A DNA stretch of 29,127 nt from Promethearchaeota archaeon (GCA_048940925.1 JBHLOC010000029.1:33299-62425), one strand, 5' to 3'. Shown: positions 1 through 9,003, counted from the first letter of the stretch. The notes: generated by a model not told the origin, from the sequence alone. Program-made: numbers and translations.

Positions 1-456
1 CGTCATTATCGCAGAGCAGGTTACTACATCCTTCGCAAGATAATGGATTCTGGTGGCGCTCTTGGGGCAGAGATTCGAATTAGTGGAAAAGTCACTAGTC
101 AACGAGCCAGAACCCAAATATTTCGAGCAGGTACTATGACTAAAAGCGGATTTCCTGCTCAGGAAGGGGTGGATAAAGGCGTGGCCCAATGTATTCAAAA
201 ATCAGGCGTATTGGGTGTAATTGTAAAAATTTTTCATGCTGATACAAAGATGGGAGATGAAATTAAAATAAAGGAAGATCTATTGACTAAAGCACAGGTA
301 GAAGCTGAAGCTAAAATAGCTAAAACTAGAGCTGAGTACGCGATTGAAGAAGAAGAAATAGCAGTAAGTGAAGAAGATAAACAATTAATAGATGAGGTAG
401 ACGAAGAAGCTATTTCCGAAATTTCATTAGCTCCTGATAAAAATAATGATAAATGA
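1..456 (+). CDS. rps3: 30S ribosomal protein uS3, 5'-truncated at window edge
   Basis: Frame open from base 1 (RHYRRAGYYILRKIMDSGGALGAEIRISGKVTSQRAR...GVLGVIVKI), the uS3 C-terminal domain; acidic tail; first gene of the cluster. Confidence 0.95.
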   Translation, partial: RHYRRAGYYILRKIMDSGGALGAEIRISGKVTSQRARTQIFRAGTMTKSGFPAQEGVDKGVAQCIQKSGVLGVIVKIFHADTKMGDEIKIKEDLLTKAQVEAEAKIAKTRAEYAIEEEEIAVSEEDKQLIDEVDEEAISEISLAPDKNNDK

Positions 457-485
457 TTTTGATTAAAAAATTGGATATGATTATC

Positions 486-689
486 ATGGTCGATATATTA
501 ACTGCAGAAAAAATTAGAGAAATGGAAGAGAGAGAAGTAGAAAGAGCATTAGTTAATTTAAGAGAGGAATTAATGCTGCTTTATTCAAATCAGACTGGTG
601 GAGGAATTTCTGATAATCCATCTAAAGCAAAAATAATAAGAAAGCAAATAGCAAGAATATTAACTGTAATGAATGAGGAAAAGCGATGA
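486..689 (+). CDS. rpl29: 50S ribosomal protein uL29
   Basis: EKIREM...LREEL...NPSKAKIIRKQIARILTV motif; position after uS3; start chosen at ATG 486 (453 or 477 also possible). Confidence 0.92.
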   Translation: MVDILTAEKIREMEEREVERALVNLREELMLLYSNQTGGGISDNPSKAKIIRKQIARILTVMNEEKR

Positions 690-1000
690 TTAATCCTAAA
701 TATCTAATATATCATGATTTAATTGGTATTCATGCATTCGCTAAGATAAAATCAAAATCTACGGATACAAAATTCTCTGATATAGGAATAATAATTGATG
801 ATACAAAAAATATGTTAATTACTGAAAAGGGGAACAAAATCAAAAAATATATTAAAAAAAATTATCTGTTTAGGTTTAAAATTCCAAAATTTGATAATGA
901 AGATAATGACTATTATTTAGAAGTTCTTGGAAATAAAATTGTTGGCCATCCATTAAATAGATTAAGAAGTTTAAAAAAGAAGAGATGGGTAAAAAGATGA
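686..1000 (+). CDS. rnp1: Ribonuclease P protein subunit Rpp29/POP4
   Basis: HDLIG...GIIIDDTKNML...F.F...G.KIVGHP.NRL pattern; conserved position between uL29 and uS17. Confidence 0.88.
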   Translation: MINPKYLIYHDLIGIHAFAKIKSKSTDTKFSDIGIIIDDTKNMLITEKGNKIKKYIKKNYLFRFKIPKFDNEDNDYYLEVLGNKIVGHPLNRLRSLKKKRWVKR

Positions 1001-1350
1001 GTAGAAATATTGGAATCCCTGGTGTAACTCCTCCTAAAGTTAAAACAGAAGAATGTAATGATCAATTTTGTCCCTTTCACGGCACTACTAGGATAAGAGG
1101 AAAAATTACACAGGGAGTTGTAGTAAGTAAAAAATCGCAAAACACAGTCATTATTAAACGCGATTATGTTCAATTTGTTAAAAAATATCAAAGATACGAG
1201 CGTCGTAATATGCGACTTGCGTGTCATTTACCTGAGTGTTTAAACCACGAAATTGAAATAGGAGATCTAGTTAAAGTTGGAGAATCTCGTAAAATTTCGA
1301 AAACAAAAGCATTTATCGTTTTAAATAAAATATCAAGTGGGGAGACATAA
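997..1350 (+). CDS. rps17: 30S ribosomal protein uS17
   Basis: RNIGI...C.D.FCPFHG...RG...KKYQRYERR...GDLVKVGESRKISKTKAF. Confidence 0.96.
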   Translation: MSRNIGIPGVTPPKVKTEECNDQFCPFHGTTRIRGKITQGVVVSKKSQNTVIIKRDYVQFVKKYQRYERRNMRLACHLPECLNHEIEIGDLVKVGESRKISKTKAFIVLNKISSGET

Positions 1351-1775
1351 TGGGAACTCGAAGAAAACTTGGTAAGAAAAAGATCTCTAAACCACGTACT
1401 AGCTACGGTTTATGTACTGGATCACGTCTTTTTATCACCGACAATTCCGGAGCTAAAATTGCTCAAATTATTAATGTTGATCATTATAAATCAAGATTAC
1501 GTAGATTATCTAAAGCAACTGTAGGAGATATTTGTACCGTAACTATCAAAAAAGGAAGACCTGAGATGCGTGGAAATATTATGAAAGCTGTAATTGTTAG
1601 ACAAAAGATGATATATCGTAGACTTGATGGAACAAGATTATGCTTTGAAGATAATGCTGGAGTATTAGTAACTAAAGAAGGAGATCCACGTGGAAGCGAG
1701 ATAAGAGGTCCTATCGCTCGAGAAGCAGCTGAAATGTTTCCAAGGTTAGCATCTATATCATCCCTAATAATTTAA
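1350..1775 (+). CDS. rpl14: 50S ribosomal protein uL14
   Basis: DNSGAK...VGD...KKG.PEMR...AVIVRQ...FEDNAGVL...GPIAREAA. Confidence 0.97.
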   Translation: MGTRRKLGKKKISKPRTSYGLCTGSRLFITDNSGAKIAQIINVDHYKSRLRRLSKATVGDICTVTIKKGRPEMRGNIMKAVIVRQKMIYRRLDGTRLCFEDNAGVLVTKEGDPRGSEIRGPIAREAAEMFPRLASISSLII

Positions 1776-1787
1776 AGAGTGATTCAA

Positions 1788-2216
1788 ATGAAAATAAAGT
1801 CAAAACAACCAAGAAGACAACGAAAAGCCCTCTATAATTATAAGGGCAATCAAAGGTCAAAACTGCTAAGCACTAGGATAGCAGATTATCTTCGTGAAGA
1901 ATACGGGATTAAAAGGCTTCCTCTAAGAGTTGGTGATCAAGTAAGAGTATGTAAAGGTGAATTCAAAGATTTTGAAGGAGAAGCAATGGAAATTACAAAA
2001 GATTTAAGATGTAGAATCAAAGAAGCTCAATTTGAAAAAACAGATGGAACTCAATATCATCCTGCGATACATATTTCTAATTTAATTATTACAAAATTTG
2101 CTGAAGAAAAAAAAATGGATCCATGGCGAGTAAGTATGATAGAAAGAAAAGCAGGATATGGAATTTTTGAAGAAGAATTAGTTGCTCCAAAAAAAAAGAA
2201 AGAGGTTGAGAAATAA
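1788..2216 (+). CDS. rpl24: 50S ribosomal protein uL24
   Basis: SKQPRRQRK...RVGDQVRVCKGEFK (KOW motif)...IHISNLIITK. Confidence 0.95.
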   Translation: MKIKSKQPRRQRKALYNYKGNQRSKLLSTRIADYLREEYGIKRLPLRVGDQVRVCKGEFKDFEGEAMEITKDLRCRIKEAQFEKTDGTQYHPAIHISNLIITKFAEEKKMDPWRVSMIERKAGYGIFEEELVAPKKKKEVEK

Positions 2217-2218
2217 AT

Positions 2219-2974
2219 ATGACTAGACATGGGGGTCAAAAGATTCTTAAAAGGCTTAACACCCCGGCCTATTTACAGATTAAAAGGAAACATGGAAAGT
2301 TTCATATAAAACCTTCATCAGGTCCACACCCTAGTCGATTTTGTTTACCACTTCTCCATATTGTAAGAGATCTTCTAAAAATAGTAGATAATTACAGAGA
2401 AGCAAAAAAATTAATTGGTTTAGGTTATTTTAAGGTTGATGGGGAAGTTATTAGAGATATATCATTTCCAGTTGGACTAATGGATGTCCTTTCAATTGAA
2501 AAAATGAACAAAAATTTTCGAATTCTCCCAGACTCTCATTATGGATTAATTTTACATGAAATTTCTGAAGAAGAAAGTACATTTAAACTATGTAGAATCA
2601 ATAATAAGACAACCCTTAAAGGTGGACATATTCAATTAAATTTACATGATGGAAGGAACATTTTAATAAAAGTTAAGGATGCTAAAAATCCAAAAGAAGA
2701 TAAATATGAACGAATGGAAGTTTTGAAAATTTCTATCCCAGAGCAAGAGATTCTTAAAAAACTAAGATTTAAAGAGGATAACTTAGCGATTATAATGTCT
2801 GGTAAAAATATAGGGCAAGTCGGAAAGATTATAAATATCTTGAAAAGATTTGGTCCAAAAGCGAGTACAGTATCAATTCAACATAATGGAGGGCATACAG
2901 AAACACTATATGACTATACTTTTATCATTGGTAAAGACCAATCTGAAATAAGTTTACCAAAAATAGAAAATTAA
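2219..2974 (+). CDS. rps4e: 30S ribosomal protein eS4
   Basis: LKRL..P...PSSGPH...PVGLMDV...KLCRI.NKT.LKGG.IQLNLHDGRN. Confidence 0.97.
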   Translation: MTRHGGQKILKRLNTPAYLQIKRKHGKFHIKPSSGPHPSRFCLPLLHIVRDLLKIVDNYREAKKLIGLGYFKVDGEVIRDISFPVGLMDVLSIEKMNKNFRILPDSHYGLILHEISEEESTFKLCRINNKTTLKGGHIQLNLHDGRNILIKVKDAKNPKEDKYERMEVLKISIPEQEILKKLRFKEDNLAIIMSGKNIGQVGKIINILKRFGPKASTVSIQHNGGHTETLYDYTFIIGKDQSEISLPKIEN

Positions 2975-2993
2975 AAAAGGTAGAGCAAAAAAA

Positions 2994-3587
2994 ATGTCTG
3001 CAGAATCCAAAATAAAAACTTCAAGTGCCTTATCTAAAGAATTAGATGAAAAATGGAAAAATCCTATGAAAAAACCTTATTTAGAAAAAGTTGTTTTAAA
3101 TATTGGAGTTGGTGCAGGAGGGGAAGAATTAGAGAAAGCAATTTCTGTATTACAACAAATAACTGGCAAAAAAGCTATTAAAACACTCTCAAAAGTTAAT
3201 GTAAAAGAATTCAATTTAAGAAAAGGACGTCCGATTGGGTGTAAAATTACAATTCGAGGTAAAGAAGCAGAAAATCTATTAAAACGTTTATTAATAGTTA
3301 ATAATAATAAAATGTTAAAATCAAGCTTCGATGATTACGGAAATTTTGCTTTTGGTATTGATGAACATATAAAAATCCCGCAAACAGAATATGAAGCTTC
3401 TATAGGATTATGGGGTTTAGATGTTTGTGGAAGGATAGTTAGACCTGGAATGAGAGTAAAATATCGGAGAAATGCTAGGACTAAAATTCCAAAACACCAT
3501 TATGTCTCGCGTAATGAGGCTCAATACTTTTTAAAGCAAAATTTTGGAGTTGATATTGTAAAAGAATTGGATTTGGAATTTATTTAA
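2994..3587 (+). CDS. rpl5: 50S ribosomal protein uL5
   Basis: NPMKKP.LEKVVLNIGVG...PIGCKITIRG...FD.YGNFAFGI.EHI...RPGMRV. Confidence 0.97.
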   Translation: MSAESKIKTSSALSKELDEKWKNPMKKPYLEKVVLNIGVGAGGEELEKAISVLQQITGKKAIKTLSKVNVKEFNLRKGRPIGCKITIRGKEAENLLKRLLIVNNNKMLKSSFDDYGNFAFGIDEHIKIPQTEYEASIGLWGLDVCGRIVRPGMRVKYRRNARTKIPKHHYVSRNEAQYFLKQNFGVDIVKELDLEFI

Positions 3588-3606
3588 AGACAAATGGTGA
3601 GATAAG

Positions 3607-3756
3607 ATTCCAAAAGGTAAAAGATATGGAAAAGGTCAGAGAGAATGCAGGCGTTGTCATACTCATAGAGGAGTAATCCGAAGATATGGATTGTATATTT
3701 GTAGACGATGTTTTTATGAAATTGGAGGACAAATTGGATTTAAAAGATATGAATGA
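3607..3756 (+). CDS. rps14: 30S ribosomal protein uS14 (Zn-finger type), absent from the ORF track; apparent ATT start
   Basis: Translates (I/M)PKGKRYGKGQRECRRCHTHRGVIRRYGLYICRRCFYEIGGQIGFKRYE*, with two CxxC motifs, between uL5 and uS8. In-frame TGA at 3598-3600 and no ATG/GTG/TTG before the conserved region; GGTGA SD-like motif at 3596-3600. Confidence 0.93.
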   Translation: MPKGKRYGKGQRECRRCHTHRGVIRRYGLYICRRCFYEIGGQIGFKRYE

Positions 3757-3787
3757 AGTTAAAAAAAAGAGATGGATGTGAAAACTT

Positions 3788-4171
3788 TTGACTAATACTA
3801 TAGCAGATGCATGTTGTGTGCTCAAAAATGCTGAAAGAGCAAGATTAAAAGAAGTTATAATTAGTCCAGCTTCTAAAACTCTACAACAGGTTCTACGAAT
3901 CTTCCAGAAAAATGCCTACATTGGAGAATTTGAGAGATATGATGATGGTCGTCAAGGTAAGTTTAAGATTGCATTGCTAGGTAAAATTAATGAATGTGCA
4001 GGTTTAATGAGGCTGAACTATAAACTTCCTCAATTTGAGATGCTTGAAAGAAAATTATTGCCCGCTCCGGGTTTAGGTTTAATTATTTTAACTACAAATC
4101 AAGGAATAATGACATTAAAAGAAGCGGAGGAAAGGCAAATAGGTGGCCATACTTTGTGCTTTATTTATTAA
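3788..4171 (+). CDS. rps8: 30S ribosomal protein uS8 (TTG start)
   Basis: IAD...KNAE...PASK...YIGEFE..DDGR.GK...LLGKINECA...LPA...G.IILTTNQGIMT..EA...IGG. Confidence 0.96.
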   Translation: MTNTIADACCVLKNAERARLKEVIISPASKTLQQVLRIFQKNAYIGEFERYDDGRQGKFKIALLGKINECAGLMRLNYKLPQFEMLERKLLPAPGLGLIILTTNQGIMTLKEAEERQIGGHTLCFIY

Positions 4172-4194
4172 AATAAATATGAGGTCAAAAAAAT

Positions 4195-4773
4195 ATGGTT
4201 AAAATTGCATTCTTTAAAGAAGAATTGGATATTCCCAATAATGTAGAAGTACTATTAGAAGGAGGTCACCATATTAGAGTTAAAGGACCTAATGGTGATG
4301 TTACTAAGGACTTTTCCCATATAAGAGGAATTAATGTCTCAATTCATGATAATAAAATAATTTTCTCGACTAATTTTCCAAAAAGTGGAACTCTTGCGTT
4401 GATCAAGACAATTCTAAGTATTGTGAATAATTTAATTAATGGTGTTCAGACAAATTATAAATATGTCTCAAAGATTTGTTATTCTCATTTCCCTTGCTCA
4501 GTTAGAGTAGATGAGAAAGAAAATATGATATATATTGAAAATTTCTTAGGAGAAAGAGCCCCAAGAAAAGCAAAGTACCCCGAAACCGTAAAAGTAGAAG
4601 TGGAAGGAGATGATGTAATTATCAGTGGTCCGGACAAGGAACTTCTTGGTCAAACAGCTGCGAATGTCAAAAGAGCTTGCCGCATAAGGAAAAAAGATCC
4701 TCGAGTCTTCCAAGATGGTGTATATTTATACAAGAAAATGGCAGGAAATGAAATAATTTGGGAAATAAAATAA
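4195..4773 (+). CDS. rpl6: 50S ribosomal protein uL6
   Basis: VKGPNG...YSHFP...NFLGERAPR...GQTAANV...KDPRVFQDGVY. Confidence 0.97.
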   Translation: MVKIAFFKEELDIPNNVEVLLEGGHHIRVKGPNGDVTKDFSHIRGINVSIHDNKIIFSTNFPKSGTLALIKTILSIVNNLINGVQTNYKYVSKICYSHFPCSVRVDEKENMIYIENFLGERAPRKAKYPETVKVEVEGDDVIISGPDKELLGQTAANVKRACRIRKKDPRVFQDGVYLYKKMAGNEIIWEIK

Positions 4774-4788
4774 TAAATTGGTGGTAAT

Positions 4789-5274
4789 ATGGTTGGGAAT
4801 AGACGACTAATAGAACTTCGGAAAAAAATAAATAAAAAAAGGCCAAAATTTAGACGAGTTGAGTCTTGGAGATATAAAAGAGTAAAGGATTCATGGAGAA
4901 AAGCAAGAGGTATTGACTCAAAGACTCGAAAAAAGAAGAAATCAGGGATTAAATCTCCTTCAGTGGGATATAGAGGACCTAAAAAAGTAAGAGGTTTACA
5001 TCCTTCCGGATATGAAGAAGTTCAAATAGTATCTATTGACGATTTACAAAATTTAAATAAAAAAAACCATGCTCTTAAAATTTCAGGGAAATTGGGTGCT
5101 AAAAAGAGGATTTTTCTAATTGATTATTGTCAAAAAAGAGGCTTTAAAATATTAAACCTTGGAATTTCACAAAAAGAAATAGAAGCCTTGGAAGAAATGG
5201 CTGAAGCTCCTATTGGTGAGATAGAGAGTGAAGATTTTATTGATATTGAAGATTTGGATGATTCTCTTGAATAA
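4789..5274 (+). CDS. rpl32e: 50S ribosomal protein eL32
   Basis: RPKFRR.ES.RYKRV..SWRKARGIDSK.R...GYRGPKKVRGLHPSG. Confidence 0.97.
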   Translation: MVGNRRLIELRKKINKKRPKFRRVESWRYKRVKDSWRKARGIDSKTRKKKKSGIKSPSVGYRGPKKVRGLHPSGYEEVQIVSIDDLQNLNKKNHALKISGKLGAKKRIFLIDYCQKRGFKILNLGISQKEIEALEEMAEAPIGEIESEDFIDIEDLDDSLE

Positions 5275-5305
5275 TATGATGAAAATTAAGATGATGTGAT
5301 TAAAA

Positions 5306-5761
5306 ATGAATTTAAAACCACAAAGAAGAATGGCAGCAGAGATTCTCAAATGTGGTGAGAATCGGGTATATTTTGATCCTTACTTAATCGAAGATATCAG
5401 TTTAGCAATTACTAGGGACGATATTCGCAATTTAATTAAACAAGGTGTTATTCAGAAAAGATACAAAAAGGGAACTTCAAAATATCGAAAAAATCTTTTG
5501 CACCAGAGAAAGAAAAAAGGTAGAGCAAGAGGTTTAGGAAAAAGAAAAGGGACAAAATACGCAAGAACTCCCAAAAAGAGAAATTGGATTAAAAGAATAC
5601 GACCAATTAGGAGAGAATTGAAAAAATTAAGAGATAGAAAACTAATCACAGCAGCTAACTATAGAAAATTATATAAAAATGCTAAAGGTGGAATGTTCAC
5701 TAGTGTTGCTCAATTAAATCGATTTATAAAAGAGAAAGAATTAATAAGGAGAGGTCGATAA
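5306..5761 (+). CDS. rpl19e: 50S ribosomal protein eL19
   Basis: QRRMAAEILKCGENRV.FDP...AITRDDIR.LI...G.GKRKG...AR...W...IR..RR.L. Confidence 0.97.
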   Translation: MNLKPQRRMAAEILKCGENRVYFDPYLIEDISLAITRDDIRNLIKQGVIQKRYKKGTSKYRKNLLHQRKKKGRARGLGKRKGTKYARTPKKRNWIKRIRPIRRELKKLRDRKLITAANYRKLYKNAKGGMFTSVAQLNRFIKEKELIRRGR

Positions 5762-5765
5762 TAGA

Positions 5766-6359
5766 ATGGCGAAAGGTCCAAGATATAGACGCTCTTTTCG
5801 AAGACGATTCGAAGGGAAAACTAATTATCAAAAGAGGTTAAAATTATTAAAATCAAAACAATTGAGAATAGTAATTAGAGTTTCTAATAACCATATAAAT
5901 GTTCAATTTGTTCAATCCAATTTAGGCGGAGATAGGATCTTGGTGTCAGCCTTTTCTAAAGAATTAACCTCGAAATATGGTTGGGGGGCTAATACAGGTA
6001 ATATACCTGCAGCATATTTAACTGGATATTTAGCGGGAATTAGAGCAAAAAAGAAAAAATTAGAAGAGGGAATCTTCGATTTAGGTATCTTTTATCACAG
6101 AAATCGAGTACTTGCTGCTTGCAAAGGTGTTATCGATTCTGGAGTAAAAATTCCTTATCGTGAGGAATTTTTTCCAGAAAATTTGGATGAGCGAATTAAA
6201 GGTTTTCATATTGAAAATTATGCAAAACTCTTAAAAAAAGAAGTTCCAGAAAAATATGAACACATCTTTTCTGGGTATATTAAGAAAAAGAAAATTGATC
6301 CCACCAAAATTAATCAACTATTTTCAAATATATTAAAAACTATCAAATCTAAAGCTTAA
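5766..6359 (+). CDS. rpl18: 50S ribosomal protein uL18
   Basis: GPRYR..FRRR.EGKTNY.KRLKLL...GD.ILVSA.S.EL...N.PAAYLTG. Confidence 0.97.
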   Translation: MAKGPRYRRSFRRRFEGKTNYQKRLKLLKSKQLRIVIRVSNNHINVQFVQSNLGGDRILVSAFSKELTSKYGWGANTGNIPAAYLTGYLAGIRAKKKKLEEGIFDLGIFYHRNRVLAACKGVIDSGVKIPYREEFFPENLDERIKGFHIENYAKLLKKEVPEKYEHIFSGYIKKKKIDPTKINQLFSNILKTIKSKA

Positions 6360-6373
6360 AAAAAGTGAATTAA

Positions 6374-6988
6374 ATGAGTCGCTTACGAAATATTGAAGAG
6401 GAGTGGATTCCCAAAACCGAGTTAGGAGAATTAGTACAACAAGGACTAATAACTTTAGATAAGATCTTTCAAAATAATTTAGTTGTAAAAGAAAAAGAAA
6501 TTATTGATATTCTACTCCCACAGCTTGCTGAAGACGTGGCTATTATCAAGATGGTACAGCAAATGAGTGCTAGTGGTCAGAGATCGAAATTTAAAGCAGT
6601 TGTTCTTGTAGGAGCGGATGGTTTTATTGGAATTGGAGCAGCCAAATCACGAGAAGTTGGTCCTGCAATAAGGAAGGCAATTGATAAAGCAAAACTCTCT
6701 GTTGTTCCTGTTATTAGGGGTTGTGGAAGTAAAGAATGTGGTTGCGGAGGAACGCATAGCATACCTTTTAAGATTAATGGTAAATGTGGGAGTATTCGAG
6801 TACAATTGATTCCTGCTCCAGCAGGAGTTGGATTAGCTTGTGCAGATAAAATTAAGCAAGTGTTAAGATTATGTGGTATTGAGGATATATGGAGTAAGAC
6901 CTTTGGAGATACAAGAACAACTGAAAATCTAGTAAAAGCGACCTTTGATGCTTTAAAGAATGCTCATAAATTTAATTTCAATATTTAG
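6374..6988 (+). CDS. rps5: 30S ribosomal protein uS5
   Basis: WIPKTELG...GQR.KFKAVVLVG...AIRKAI..AKL...RGCGSKECGCGGTHSIPFK..GKCGS. Confidence 0.97.
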   Translation: MSRLRNIEEEWIPKTELGELVQQGLITLDKIFQNNLVVKEKEIIDILLPQLAEDVAIIKMVQQMSASGQRSKFKAVVLVGADGFIGIGAAKSREVGPAIRKAIDKAKLSVVPVIRGCGSKECGCGGTHSIPFKINGKCGSIRVQLIPAPAGVGLACADKIKQVLRLCGIEDIWSKTFGDTRTTENLVKATFDALKNAHKFNFNI

Positions 6989-7004
6989 AAAGAGTGGTGT
7001 TGGT

Positions 7005-7529
7005 ATGGCAATGGCAAAAAAGAAAATTAAATCAAAAGAAACTGAATATATTCCAAAATTATACTTTGCGGTACGTATAAGAGGATCACCTGGTATGAAA
7101 CGTAAAATTCTTGATACTCTTAAAATGCTAAGAATGCATAAAGTAAATCATGGAGTCTTAATCTGGGGTACGAGGAGTTATAATGGAATGCTTATGAAAT
7201 GTAAAGATTACATTGCCTTCGGTGAAATTAACGAAAAAACTTTAATTAGATTGTTAAGAGTTAGAGGCAGAGTAGAAGGAAATAAACCACTCACAGAAGA
7301 GCATATAAAAAACTTAACTAATTACAAAAACTTTAGAGAATTAGCAAGGGCTTTATTGAATGGAGAGATTCAATATAAAGAAAAAGATTTATTTAAAATC
7401 AAACCAGTATTCCGTTTACATCCGCCTAGAAAAGGACATCGAGGTTCAATTAAAAAATACTACGCTGAAGGTGGTACTCTAGGTAATGTAGGTTTATATA
7501 TTAATGAATTAATTCACAAAATGCTATAA
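7005..7529 (+). CDS. rpl30: 50S ribosomal protein uL30
   Basis: AVRIRG...DTLKMLR.HKVN...KDYI.FGEI...PVFRLHPPRKG; start 7005 or 7011. Confidence 0.95.
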   Translation: MAMAKKKIKSKETEYIPKLYFAVRIRGSPGMKRKILDTLKMLRMHKVNHGVLIWGTRSYNGMLMKCKDYIAFGEINEKTLIRLLRVRGRVEGNKPLTEEHIKNLTNYKNFRELARALLNGEIQYKEKDLFKIKPVFRLHPPRKGHRGSIKKYYAEGGTLGNVGLYINELIHKML

Positions 7530-7548
7530 TAAAAGAGTGATTGTATTT

Positions 7549-8028
7549 ATGAGAAAATATACTAGAAAAGTTCAAAAAATGAGAGGGCGTCGAACCCGTG
7601 GTTATGGAAAAGTCGGTCAACATAGAAAAACTGGACAACGCGCTGGGAGAGGTAAAACTACTCAATGGAAAAAAAGTAAAAAAAGTTATTATTTAAAACA
7701 AAAAGAATTAGGATTTCCTGACCCAGATTGGAAAATGGGCAAGAAAGGTTTTAATAGACCTCAAGATCTAAAGCGAATTTATAAAATAAATACTTTAAAT
7801 ATTAAAGATTTAGATCAGAAAATCGAGAATTTAGTATTAGAAAATAAAGCAACGAAATCAGGGAATACTTTCACTATTAATTTAAGCAATATTAATATAC
7901 AGAAAGTTTTAGGCCGCGGAAATCTAAATAAAAAAATTAATATTACGGTAAATAAAGCTTCAAAACGAGCTATTGAAAAGATAGAATCTGCTGGTGGAAA
8001 AATAACTTTATTATCAGCAACAGAATAA
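7549..8028 (+). CDS. rpl15: 50S ribosomal protein uL15
   Basis: KMRGRRTRGYG..GQHR..GQRAGRG...GKKGF.RP...KVLGRG...AS..AIEKIE.AGG. Confidence 0.95.
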   Translation: MRKYTRKVQKMRGRRTRGYGKVGQHRKTGQRAGRGKTTQWKKSKKSYYLKQKELGFPDPDWKMGKKGFNRPQDLKRIYKINTLNIKDLDQKIENLVLENKATKSGNTFTINLSNINIQKVLGRGNLNKKINITVNKASKRAIEKIESAGGKITLLSATE

Positions 8029-8111
8029 ATTTTACTACCCTTATATTTATATTAAGGACTATTTTTTATTAACTATTACAAATGCATTTCTTTTACTCCT
8101 TAGATCGTACA

Positions 8112-8264
8112 ATGAATTCAAATCTGAGTAATCTTGAAAATAATAATGAAATTGATAAGAAAGATAAAGAACGTAAAAAAAGAAAAAAATGCATATTAAT
8201 CTGTGTTATCTTAATATTAATTATGATGCTTCCTTCTACCTTAGCATTACTAGCTATTTTTTAA
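8112..8264 (+). CDS. Small putative tail-anchored membrane protein
   Basis: Polar N-terminus, polybasic KKRKK, then C-terminal hydrophobic segment CILICVILILIMMLPSTLALLAIF; stop lies 2 nt from the convergent gene; start 8082 or 8112. Confidence 0.45.
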   Translation: MNSNLSNLENNNEIDKKDKERKKRKKCILICVILILIMMLPSTLALLAIF

Positions 8265-8266
8265 GT

Positions 8267-8935
8267 TTAATTATTAATTTGGGAAAGTAATTTATTTACT
8301 AATTGGATTAAACCAGGTAATATAAAGATAAAACCAAGGGTATTTCCAATAATATGAATAATAGTAAATGGAATTCCAGTAAGAAAATAAGGGAGAAATT
8401 TATTCATTGTACCATAAAATGAAAAAACGTCTATTAATGAAGAGAAAATTTGGTAACTTGTGGTAATTAATGCTCCAATAAGACCAAATATCGACATTAT
8501 ATTTAACTTATATAAATCCTCATTTGGATCAAAAAACTTGGTATTATTTAAGAATTTACCAGTTATAGCACCTAATAATCCCGTTAAAGAATAATGTACC
8601 AATTGAAATGTTAAAAGAGGTAAAGGAGAAGCTCCAAAAGGGTTAAAAAAACAAAAAATAAATGAACTTAAAAAACCTACAATCATTCCATCTCTTTTAC
8701 CTAATATAAAACCTGATAGGAAAATAGTTAGGGTAAATAACTCAATATTAGGTATATATGCTAATAAATAACCTAAAACAACTGCCAATGCTGTAAAAGT
8801 GCTAAGTAAAGCAATCCTAAAAGACTTTCTCTCTAACCAAATTGAATGATTAGCTTTTATTACATCAGATTCTGTAAGTTCATTTGGACGATTTTTATCT
8901 TTAATATTAGATTCTAACTCCAATTGTTCTCTCAC
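8267..8935 (-). CDS. ECF transporter S component, CbrT-like (probably cobalamin)
   Basis: IALLSTFTALAVVLG.LLA.IPNIEL...G...G...G and C-terminal G.PF...HIIGN pattern; about 6 TM helices. Confidence 0.8.
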   Translation of the reverse strand: MREQLELESNIKDKNRPNELTESDVIKANHSIWLERKSFRIALLSTFTALAVVLGYLLAYIPNIELFTLTIFLSGFILGKRDGMIVGFLSSFIFCFFNPFGASPLPLLTFQLVHYSLTGLLGAITGKFLNNTKFFDPNEDLYKLNIMSIFGLIGALITTSYQIFSSLIDVFSFYGTMNKFLPYFLTGIPFTIIHIIGNTLGFIFILPGLIQLVNKLLSQINN

Positions 8936-8969
8936 AGTATCTTAATTTTTATTAAATGGACGAAAATGT

Positions 8970-9003
8970 TAAGAAAAATAGGATAGGTTTCCTATTTTTC
9001 TTA
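8970..9003. promoter_or_regulatory. Palindromic operator-like site, copy 1
   Basis: TAAGAAAAATAGGA-taggtt-TCCTATTTTTCTTA, a perfect 14-bp inverted repeat in the divergent intergenic region about 35 nt upstream of the ECF S gene. Confidence 0.6.

Noticed and set aside
3559-3606. In-frame TGA upstream of uS14 read as selenocysteine
   Set aside because: No ATG/GTG/TTG in that frame back to the TAA at 3559, and the upstream translation shows no uS14 similarity
913-6762. Minus-strand ORFs over the ribosomal operon (913-1227, 2057-2239, 3580-3825, 5167-5349, 5452-5649, 6577-6762)
   Set aside because: Antisense shadows of clear ribosomal protein genes; 3580-3825 lies over the real uS14
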